Positions 15,901 to 22,717 of a DNA stretch of 22,717 nucleotides are shown piece after piece. Position 1 is the first letter of the stretch. Each line of letters begins with the position of its first letter. The notes below the pieces were generated by a model, which was not told the origin of the DNA, made no database searches, and was given only the letters and a program-made list of their open reading frames with translations. Origin of the DNA: an uncultured Deferribacteres bacterium (GTDB taxonomy: Bacteria; Zhuqueibacterota; Zhuqueibacteria; Zhuqueibacterales; Geothermadaptataceae); the NCBI GenBank assembly GCA_964014485.1, contig CAXHAT010000135.1:1-22717 (forward strand), written 5' to 3'. Position numbers and translations under genes: made by a program.

Positions 15901-16962
15901 AGGCTTGCAATCCCGACAAGCTCGGCGCAAATCATCTCCGTTTCTCCCGATACGCTTTTCGCGTTGAACAAAACCAATATCATCGGCACGGTGCAAAGTT
16001 TTAGTGAAGTGCCCATCAGCGCCGGCGAAGTTGAGCTTGTCGTTTTCGACGACAAGAAGCGGGTCAGATATTTAACTTCGCGCAATTCGCCGATTGATTA
16101 CATCCTCCCCGGCAATCTCATTTTTCGCGGCAAGGGCGCTTTGCAAGGCGAGCTGTTCGACATGAATTTCATCGTGCCGAAAGACGTGACCTACGGCGGC
16201 AGAACGGCCAGGATGAGCGTTTACGGCGTGGGCGACAATTGGGAAGCTCTGGGCTATCGTGAATCGATTCCGATCAGCCTGCGCTCCGGCGTGCTTTTTG
16301 ACGAAGAGGGCCCGGAAATTACGGTGAGTTTTTCAGATCGCGAGTTTTTCGCCAGCGGCGATCCGATCACCCGGACCTCGTCAATTATTGCGACCATCGC
16401 CGATTCCGTTTCCGGCGTGAATCTCACCGGTGAAATCGGCCACAAGATCACCTTGACCATCGACGGCGACACAGAAAATCGACTTGATCTAACACAGAAC
16501 TTCGTTTATTTCGAGAACGATTTTTTGAGCGGGCAACTCACGGCGCAGCTTCCCAAAAACCTCGCGCCGGGTTTGCACTTGGCGGAATTGAAAGCATGGG
16601 ACAACTCCAACAACTCATCGCGAAAGCAATTCGAGTTCATTCTGACGGAAGACGGCGAACTGACGCTTTCAGACGTGCTCAACTACCCCAACCCGTTTCA
16701 GGAAAGCACCGCTTTTACGTTTATTCTTAACGCCGACGCCGAAGTCAAAATTTCGGTTTACACAGTTGCGGGACGTTTGATTCAAACGCTGGAAAACATT
16801 GCCGCGACGCCCGGATTCAATCAAGTCCCTTGGGACGGCCTCGACGCGGACGGCGATGAATTGGCGAACGGCGTTTATCTCTATCGCATCGTAGCCAAAA
16901 GCGTTGTAGACGGCGAAGACGTTGTCATTGAGCAAATCGAGAAGCTGGCGATTCAGCGATAA
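12973..16962 (+). CDS. porU: C25 (gingipain-family) peptidase, PorU-like type IX secretion sortase with C-terminal sorting/FlgD-like domain
   Basis: Signal peptide; V..NGWYQITG, DPTAIRDF, YLVLFGDG.YD, GRIP, NYVGHG and ATCDFG (His/Cys dyad), LGDP, KAWDNSNN, NYPNPF, NGVYLYRI; start chosen at ATG 12973. Confidence 0.82.
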   Translation: MQFMRPIYFLVIALLLTLFCSDLFSQKSAVLHTATSASNLRLQLKFNSPELDTLLIDNRAFVCPNLVSENGLYFHQIDGLPVAGTALALPHASQNPRLTITNENWENIQTSLPLAPPAQIQPDGELTYFSYQAQTSDQAAPSPAVSLDRTAWFRNLKVAHLTISPTRLQNNQLQYLRSAEVILQWENTASGASIQSFDAGREFNAGQDDFDYAQSVLNKSDATRFLKPRAKPAAKSANFANRDFLLVQVTENGWYQITGADLTAQNISLSGLQSDQIRMYNNGGRTLPEKPSDTRPETLIEIPILVNDGGDGSFDPDDTIQFFGASVHDWEYSQTEARWRRFNNPYTNENVYWLSWDAQESAAKRLAEISIAANAGQAKSAGLNLQKIETDIVNPINSGRDWYGRELSLSDATANYSFNRTAGQALQNGRIYLRVVSKTSGRHTVSLGWNQNSLNTYSFFGSTGGDYLDMNGQTYTANVPNTLIQAENTLTLNYSNTLQTGSLFVDWVEFIAEDDLAVQDGELTFAAAPSSGIETWRVTGAGSDARIFEISNPVAPRTLAFTQQGETLIFADSMNTATPKRYFIADVPKAPAAFERYTTSDIRGSSNTADMLVVTHSDFLDEANRFAEHKRSVRNFEVAVVDVNVVMKEFGWGLMDPTAIRDFVAYAFHNWQKQPQYLVLFGDGVYDYRGIGRGINQNFVPTFQTTELEELVNRNLEAYYTYVNGDDRDMDLSMGRIPAQTIDEARNFVDKLIEYETKPEFGFWRTILTMVADDELVTGGRDNGEVIHTKDAEIIAERHTPDYLNLSKIYLTEYEGVRTASVSGVRKPQAQQALIDRINSGTLVLNYVGHGNSTQWAHEVVFELAQDFPSLQNDRKYPFIVAATCDFGRYDKLNSQSFPEELLFARGKGAVGLFTSSRVVYAQPNATFNKAYYDILFTESPGSISIGEALILARMQTPAGFVVNDEKFTILGDPSLRLAIPTSSAQIISVSPDTLFALNKTNIIGTVQSFSEVPISAGEVELVVFDDKKRVRYLTSRNSPIDYILPGNLIFRGKGALQGELFDMNFIVPKDVTYGGRTARMSVYGVGDNWEALGYRESIPISLRSGVLFDEEGPEITVSFSDREFFASGDPITRTSSIIATIADSVSGVNLTGEIGHKITLTIDGDTENRLDLTQNFVYFENDFLSGQLTAQLPKNLAPGLHLAELKAWDNSNNSSRKQFEFILTEDGELTLSDVLNYPNPFQESTAFTFILNADAEVKISVYTVAGRLIQTLENIAATPGFNQVPWDGLDADGDELANGVYLYRIVAKSVVDGEDVVIEQIEKLAIQR

Positions 16963-18369
16963 TCAGCGCCAAAACGGAATAAAATACTCACGCGGCTCAG
17001 GTTCTTCGTCGTTCTCTCCCTCTTCTTCATCATCATTTAATTTCGCCGCCAAACTCTGACGCGTCTCTCGTTCAATTTTCAGAAAATTCCTGCCTTTAGG
17101 CAAACCTTCTGTTGGAACATAACCTATCAAGCCGCGCAGCTTTGTTTTGGGGTGAACGTAGAAGAAAAACGAATCCGTCTCGAGAGGTTCGTTATTCAAA
17201 GAAATCTCGAAAAGCTGCAAAAAACACCCGGCAATGCTGTCAGCTTTTGCTGCGATATTTTCGTCGCCGCCGGATGAAAATCGGAGCCCGTCCTGCCCAA
17301 ACGGCTCAATATTGGGGCATATTTTTGCCATCATTTCGTTGTCGTCCCACGCGCGCCACGGCAGAAACAACTTGAGGTACGGCCCGTCGATCACGTCCGA
17401 CTGAATCGTCGGCACGCGGCTGGTGCTGGCCCGGCGCTGGTCTTCATAATGCGCAAAGTCCATCTTGCTGGCCAAATCGTCGTCCGGGAAATAAACATAC
17501 GAATTGAATGAAGCCTGCCGAACGAATACGTCGTTGACCATAAAAATCGAAACGACGAACCCCAAGAATAAAAACATCACAATCGACGCGATTTTCCGTG
17601 AAAGATGACTGGCGAAAACCAAAAATATCGGCGCCGTGACAATGCTGGAAGAGATATAATTATATGTTTTGTAGCACGTGCGCGCGAGTTTAGCCAGTTT
17701 TTCGCTTTTGGTCTCTCTCTTTTCCAGAATGCGGTCAATGATCGCCGCGACCAGAAACGGCGCAAACATGGTCGCCATAAATGCCACAAGCGCGATAAAA
17801 TAGATATTTTTCATCGACCAACCGCCGAACGCCAGCGAGATCAAATAAACGATTCCGAAGCAAAGAGAAATTGCGGCCACGCCGTAAAACAGTGCAAAAA
17901 TAACCTGAAAGGCCGCCGAGAAGAGCGAGCTGCAAAACTTGTCCGCCATCCCCGCCATCTTCTTCAAATTTAACGTCGTCTCGCGCGCCACTTCTTTTTG
18001 GATAGGCTTGAATTTCAACTTCTCCCACTTAACGCCGCTGGGAAAAACGGAGTCCAATCCGACGAGCCCCACCCAAAATGCACGAGAAATCATGTGCATG
18101 AAAAACGTCACAATCAGTGTATAGGAAACTAGCTTGCCGAAATAATAGAGCATCCACGGAACCATGAACAGATTCCGGGAAATGTGCAGCACGGTCGAGT
18201 CGAACATTTCGTCCATCAGGCCGGGCAGATTCAAAAGCGCGAAAATGACCGCTCCTGAAATTAAAAACTCCAACTCCCAGGTTCGAAGGTGCAATTCCCG
18301 CAGCGTTTTGAACGCCTGCGACTTTATTTCTTCCGCCTTGTCCCCCGCTTGATTTTCTTTCTTTTCCAT
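16963..18369 (-). CDS. Multi-pass membrane protein of unknown function
   Basis: TWELEFLISG, SRAFWVGLVGL.SVFP.G, several hydrophobic helices, soluble C-terminus; ATG at 18369. Confidence 0.8.
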   Translation of the reverse strand: MEKKENQAGDKAEEIKSQAFKTLRELHLRTWELEFLISGAVIFALLNLPGLMDEMFDSTVLHISRNLFMVPWMLYYFGKLVSYTLIVTFFMHMISRAFWVGLVGLDSVFPSGVKWEKLKFKPIQKEVARETTLNLKKMAGMADKFCSSLFSAAFQVIFALFYGVAAISLCFGIVYLISLAFGGWSMKNIYFIALVAFMATMFAPFLVAAIIDRILEKRETKSEKLAKLARTCYKTYNYISSSIVTAPIFLVFASHLSRKIASIVMFLFLGFVVSIFMVNDVFVRQASFNSYVYFPDDDLASKMDFAHYEDQRRASTSRVPTIQSDVIDGPYLKLFLPWRAWDDNEMMAKICPNIEPFGQDGLRFSSGGDENIAAKADSIAGCFLQLFEISLNNEPLETDSFFFYVHPKTKLRGLIGYVPTEGLPKGRNFLKIERETRQSLAAKLNDDEEEGENDEEPEPREYFIPFWR

Positions 18370-18858
18370 TCCTTTTTCCACTCCGCTCAATATTACCGCC
18401 TTCCTTAATTTTTGGGTCCTTACGAATCCATCAGCTTCCCAACCGTGCTCACGATCTTGCCCGGAAAGCACCCCAGGAGTCAAACGCTGAAGCGTTTGAG
18501 TTTATTTTACCGTCATCGGCGACTGTCCAAAAACAAGGCGTCTGAATAGCAGACATACCATATGTAGGGTTCAAAATCTTGAACCCCTATGACATGTTGT
18601 ATATCGCTCTGCAAGTGTTATGTTTTTGGACAGTCGCACTCCGACAAAGAGTCCCAGAAGCTTTGCACGCAGCAAAATTTTACTCGGTAATTTTTACATT
18701 ATTCATCTTTTCACAGATTTCCAAAACCCGTAAAACCAATTTTCAAAATCGTCATAAACCATTGTTTATTAAAGCTGAAAATCACATTACAAAACTGTGG
18801 CGTCGCCTTTGCCTAAAGCCAAGCCAGAACAATTAACGATCTCATTCAGGAGGCAAAA

Positions 18859-19149
18859 ATGATAACCGCACAACTGATTATGATCACGTTGGCGAGCCTC
18901 TCTGTAGCACGAGCTTTTGTTGCAAGAGGCGCGCTTGACTATCGGCAGAAATGGTTGAATTATCCGGTCGCTTTTCTCGGCGGCTTCTGCGGCGCCCAAC
19001 TCTTCCCGGTTGAATCGGGAGCGCAGACGGTAAAACTGCTAGCGATTATTTTCGCTTCCGGCGCCGCCGTCATGGTTTACCATGCGCTGCGACAATTTTT
19101 TGTCGTCAAATCCACCGGAACCGCGTGTTCCAGATACAGCGAAATTTGA
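18859..19149 (+). CDS. Small membrane protein (about 3 hydrophobic segments)
   Basis: AGGAGG ribosome-binding site upstream of ATG; hydrophobic segments such as VAFLGGFCGAQLF. Confidence 0.6.
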   Translation: MITAQLIMITLASLSVARAFVARGALDYRQKWLNYPVAFLGGFCGAQLFPVESGAQTVKLLAIIFASGAAVMVYHALRQFFVVKSTGTACSRYSEI

Positions 19150-19168
19150 CGAAATTATTCAGGATATA

Positions 19169-19546
19169 ATGATGAAAACGATAACCAGGGGCATATATCG
19201 AGGCTTTTTGCTGATCATCTTTTGGAGTTTTAGCAGCGTGCTGATTAGCCGTCCTGAAACGACTGCGCAGCACGCCAGCTTTGAAACTGTGACGACTCAG
19301 CCTATCGAAGAATCAAAGACAAATGCGGCGGGTGAAAACGACTCACGCACAGCTTCGGCGCTTGCCTGGTTCTGGCCAGCCGCATTTTTGCTCGGCTGCA
19401 TCATCTTGAGCATCGTGACGCTTTACGTGCGCATTTTGCTCAATCGCGCCGAAATCGGCGATGTGGTTCGAGAGGTAAAAAGCGAGGAAAGCAACAAACG
19501 AAAGGAGTTCAAAATGGATGAAAATTTTCGCCCTGTGCGAAGATAA
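19169..19546 (+). CDS. Hypothetical membrane protein
   Basis: Two hydrophobic segments (GFLLIIFWSFSSVLI; LAWFWPAAFLLGCIILSIVTLYV); ATG at 19169. Confidence 0.55.
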   Translation: MMKTITRGIYRGFLLIIFWSFSSVLISRPETTAQHASFETVTTQPIEESKTNAAGENDSRTASALAWFWPAAFLLGCIILSIVTLYVRILLNRAEIGDVVREVKSEESNKRKEFKMDENFRPVRR

Positions 19547-19609
19547 ATGAATCTGCGGCGGTAAGGTCAGGATGACGACCCGTCGCACCATAAAACCCAG
19601 GTAACAAAT

Positions 19610-19699
19610 TGTCGTTCTGAAAGAATCTTTTAAATCGCAAGTACTGAAATATCGGTAAATTCCAAAACTGGAACGAAAAAAGATTCTTTCAGGATGGCG
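19610..19699. repeat. REP-like inverted repeat, same family as 1391-1481
   Basis: tgtcgttctgaaagaatctttt...aaaagattctttcaggatggcg. Confidence 0.7.
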
Positions 19700-19820
19700 A
19701 GGCGGGATGGACAAGAATTTTAGACGGCGACTCTGCTTCGCCGCATAAGTCAAATTTTTGACAAGAAAGTTTTAACGCATAGCTGCGTTACCTTCCATCT
19801 CCCCTCCAGCCAACGCGAAC

Positions 19821-19852
19821 GAAGCCCGGCTTGCTAATGCGAGTCGGGCTTC
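19821..19852. terminator. GC-rich hairpin between convergent genes
   Basis: gaagcccggcttgc-taat-gcgagtcgggcttc, 14-bp stem with two G-U pairs; no clear U tract. Confidence 0.4.
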
Positions 19853-20825
19853 ATCGTTTTTGCGCAGAAGCTGATTCACGAAGCGTCAAAATTCCGATAA
19901 TCCACAGCGGAACGTGGATAAACAAGGGCAGTCCGCCAAGAAATCCTGCAATGACGCCGAAGCCCATGCACATCCAGCCAATCCATCGCGACATGAATGC
20001 AGTTTTTAGGATGGCGCCGCCAAATGCCGCGAGACCAATGTATGCCAGGATGCTGTAGAGCGCAAACAACACCGCCGCCCACGCCCGCCAGGGTTCAAAC
20101 CATGCCGGCGCCGCGGAAGTGACGCTCCATTCTTGAGCCGCGAGATTCAAAACCGTGAGTCGAAACGCCAGGTGCAACACCCAAAAAACAGCGCCGAACG
20201 CATAGCTCAACAATCCAATTTTTGCAAGGAACCGATCCCCGTTGTTCTCCAAAGTTATCGTGAAAAAAGCCAAACCGAAAAGCGTGACAACGGTTGCAAC
20301 AATAAAATTCACGCTCGTCCACAAATTCCCGGCAGTGTTCGCCGCAATCACATCTAACGCCATGCCTTGAAAGGTTCTCGCACCCACCCAGAAAATCACG
20401 GCGCCCAGGATGAAAAATCCCGCAGCAATCCGAGCCGGTTGACTGGATTCATTATTGGCAAGCGCTTTGAAAGACCAGGCTCCAAACTTGCCGAGTATCG
20501 CGATCACAACAACGAAATGAACCATTGCGACGATGCGGAACGCTTCGATGCTCTCCACGGCGAATTGTTTCGCGAACCAGTCAGCGAGAAACTGGAAGTG
20601 ATAAACCGAGAGGATGAACGAGAGCCAGAGGTAAAGTTCCCCGAGGTTCTTGAGCTTTTCGCGACCTAGCATCGACCAGACCGCCGCAATTACGATCAGG
20701 AGAACGGAGAATCCCAATCCAAAAGCCGCGGTGATGACCCCGTTTTCAATGAGAGCGGCGAATGGTATGATAGCTACGAATAAAACGGGCCCCAGCCATT
20801 TATTTAGAACGAAATCCTTTTTCAC
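19851..20825 (-). CDS. Multi-pass membrane protein of unknown function
   Basis: 324 aa, about 9-10 hydrophobic helices; GGAG upstream of GTG. Confidence 0.75.
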   Translation of the reverse strand: MKKDFVLNKWLGPVLFVAIIPFAALIENGVITAAFGLGFSVLLIVIAAVWSMLGREKLKNLGELYLWLSFILSVYHFQFLADWFAKQFAVESIEAFRIVAMVHFVVVIAILGKFGAWSFKALANNESSQPARIAAGFFILGAVIFWVGARTFQGMALDVIAANTAGNLWTSVNFIVATVVTLFGLAFFTITLENNGDRFLAKIGLLSYAFGAVFWVLHLAFRLTVLNLAAQEWSVTSAAPAWFEPWRAWAAVLFALYSILAYIGLAAFGGAILKTAFMSRWIGWMCMGFGVIAGFLGGLPLFIHVPLWIIGILTLRESASAQKR

Positions 20826-20849
20826 AAAAAATTAAACTCCCGACTCATC

Positions 20850-20972
20850 ATAAAAAAATCGAAGCTGGCGTATTGCAAAATAAACCAAAACACCGCCATG
20901 CTCAGCGCCTGCCCGAAAATATCAATCCCCGACAACGCCTTCTTCCGCAACGACGAAGTGATTTTTGATCAT
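20850..20972 (-). pseudogene. Possible frameshifted 5' remnant of a MacB-type ABC permease
   Basis: GGAG then ATG; MIKNHFVVA / frameshift / RKKALSGIDIFGQALSMAVFWFILQYASFD resembles the MIKNY..IA.RNL.K.K.FS.INI.GLA.G N-terminus of that family. Confidence 0.4.
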
Positions 20973-21141
20973 ACTTTTTTCTCCAGTGATTTTGAATAAA
21001 GGAGTGCGAAGCTTGCTTTGCTTCATACTCAGTTGAATCGCAAGGTAAACCTTGCACTCCTTCCGCCATGCGGAGCGGCAACTCCACCCTTTGAAGGCTT
21101 TTAAGGGTAGCTTTTTTGAAAAACTGAGACTCTATACACCG

Positions 21142-21214
21142 TGTCATACCCGCGCAGGCGGGTATCCAGATTTGGGGCGCCCTTGTCTGGATACCCGCCT
21201 GCGCGGGTACGACA
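21142..21214. repeat. REP-like inverted repeat (29-bp arms)
   Basis: tgtcatacccgcgcaggcgggtatccaga / tctggatacccgcctgcgcgggtacgaca, one mismatch. Confidence 0.85.
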
Positions 21215-21420
21215 AAAGCGGCGCTTTTGTGTAAAAAGGAAAAACCTGTCCTTAGAAGCTTTCGAAGGAGAGAACGGCTCGACGCTTCGCGTCGCTGATG
21301 GAAGCAAGCCGGGTTCATTCAGCCAAAATTCAATAAATTTTCGAGGCGCGCTGACGCGCGTTCTTTGGTGTGCCTCAGCTTTGCAAATGAGAAAATTCAC
21401 GACGAGAGGACGACTTTTTC

Positions 21421-21482
21421 AGGGGGTGGAATAATCAGCGCTCTGCTTTTGGAGAACCGCACTGCATTGTACTCCACCCCCT
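21421..21482. promoter_or_regulatory. Stem-loop downstream of target C
   Basis: agggggtggaata ... tactccaccccct, 12 of 13 pairs. Confidence 0.6.
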
Positions 21483-21513
21483 AAAGAACCAAATAAATCA
21501 AATTGCCAAATGA

Positions 21514-21603
21514 TCAAGATTGTCCGGAACGAACAGCGCGGACGTAGTTGCCGTCGCCGACATGATCGTTGTCGCAACCACCGTAGTTGAAAAGGACAAC
21601 CCA
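21514..21603 (-). repeat. VR-like region of target C (diverged relative to the local TR)
   Basis: TGG GTT GTC CTT TTC AAC TAC GGT GGT TGC GAC AAC GAT CAT GTC GGC GAC GGC AAC TAC GTC CGC GCT GTT CGT TCC GGA CAA; A-site changes plus 8 non-A changes and two fewer codons. Confidence 0.7.
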
Positions 21604-22452
21604 GACGTCCGACGCGCTCTCTTTATCTGCCGTCCAGATCCAGCGCTGCTTTTTGTCAAACGCCGGATCGATATAGAGATCGCCGTTTTTCTCTTCACAC
21701 TCCATTAATGACATCGCTTCTTCCAGCGTCGGTAATCGCCAATCGTCAAATCCGGTGAATTCAACACGGTTAAGGCGCTCAACATAATTTTCGGCGCTGT
21801 TGTAATCAGGCCTATCATCAGAACCTGATTGCTGCCACATCAATCCGCCGGCATGATCAACCACCAGTTTTTCGCCCTGCCTTTCGACCAATTCGAAATC
21901 GTTTGCGAAGCCCTTGCCGTTTTTTTTCTTAAATTTATCGAAAAAATCGTTTTCGACGAGCATCTGCTTCACATCATTATCTGAAAGCTCGTGGCCTGCT
22001 GCTCTGAATCGCGGTCGGCGCGGCAGCGGTTTGGCGAGCGGCGCGATTTGCTGTTTCGGCGTTTCGAGCGGTTCTACATGCAGCGCCGTCAACAATTGTC
22101 GCAGGCTGTTATCGAAATCGTGGAATTGAATGTACAAGCGACTGCTCAGAAGCGCCGGGCGGGGTGCGTCGTCCAAAAGGCAGGGGATAATTTGTTTTTG
22201 CAGCGAGTGGGCGCAAGTCCATTCTTCCTGCACCCAGTGCGAGGCTTTGGCTTTTTTTGACCAGAGCAGGAGCAATGTATCGCACCATTCCAGCGCGTCG
22301 TTAATGCGCTTGGGCAGATTGTCGCCGGCGCGGGTCTGGTTTTGGTCAATCCAGACTTCCAGCCCTGCGGCTTTCAGTTCGCGTTCCAAACGCCGCACAA
22401 CGGCCTTGTCTTCCCAGGCGTGGCTAATAAAAATGCGCGGTTTCTGCGCCAT
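21514..22452 (-). CDS. TIR domain + DUF1566/CLec protein (putative remote DGR target C)
   Basis: RIFISHAWED, VWID, LLLLWS, S.WVQEEW (TIR_2 with putative catalytic Glu), IIPCLLD; DHAGGLMWQQ, DWRLPTLEEAMSL, WIWTAD, YVRAVR. Confidence 0.9.
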   Translation of the reverse strand: MAQKPRIFISHAWEDKAVVRRLERELKAAGLEVWIDQNQTRAGDNLPKRINDALEWCDTLLLLWSKKAKASHWVQEEWTCAHSLQKQIIPCLLDDAPRPALLSSRLYIQFHDFDNSLRQLLTALHVEPLETPKQQIAPLAKPLPRRPRFRAAGHELSDNDVKQMLVENDFFDKFKKKNGKGFANDFELVERQGEKLVVDHAGGLMWQQSGSDDRPDYNSAENYVERLNRVEFTGFDDWRLPTLEEAMSLMECEEKNGDLYIDPAFDKKQRWIWTADKESASDVWVVLFNYGGCDNDHVGDGNYVRAVRSGQS

Positions 22453-22526
22453 GTAAATTTCCCCGAAATCTGATTAAAAGCGAAAAAGCGCGCTGCAAGC
22501 AACATGCTTTTTTGTTGAGGCTTTAA

Positions 22527-22645
22527 CTCGTTCCCAATCTCCCGATTGGGAACGCACTTGCACCCGAAACTCCAGTTTCAAGTGTGTTCCTTGGCTCGAA
22601 GCTGGAGTTTCACGGCTCATTCCAAAACTCCGGTTTTGGAATGAG
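22527..22645. repeat. REP-like composite palindrome, copy 2
   Basis: Closely matches the reverse complement of 4151-4274. Confidence 0.8.
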
Positions 22646-22717
22646 TCGTGAAACTCTTCTATAACCGACATTCCGCACACAAGAATTGGAGATGGAAATC
22701 ATTTCTTTCTCTCATTA

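Noticed and set aside
20902..21434. Overlapping ORFs of 60-138 aa on both strands
   Set aside because: Arise from palindromic repeats (VIPAQAGIQ-type translations); no protein features

Overview
Bacterial chromosomal contig end; the gene content (PorU-like C25 peptidase, pdxA, ftsEX) suggests an FCB-superphylum organism such as KSB1/Calditrichota, which is an inference. Bases 5-38 are a Nextera adapter. The centrepiece is a complete, apparently non-phage diversity-generating retroelement (DGR) on the minus strand: target A (membrane-anchored, DUF1566/CLec) - avd - structured spacer - template repeat (TR, 8116-8226) - reverse transcriptase with a C-terminal MutS-I-like domain - target B (NDT/TIR-like domain + coiled coil + DUF1566). 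VR-A and VR-B differ from the TR almost only at TR adenines. A third paralog about 11 kb away (TIR + DUF1566) has a VR-like end that fits this TR poorly. All three targets share a downstream (ATTTG)x3 motif. Flanks hold housekeeping genes, toxin-antitoxin-like modules, two MITE-like elements with shared ends but different cargo, several REP-like palindromes and a heptamer tandem array.
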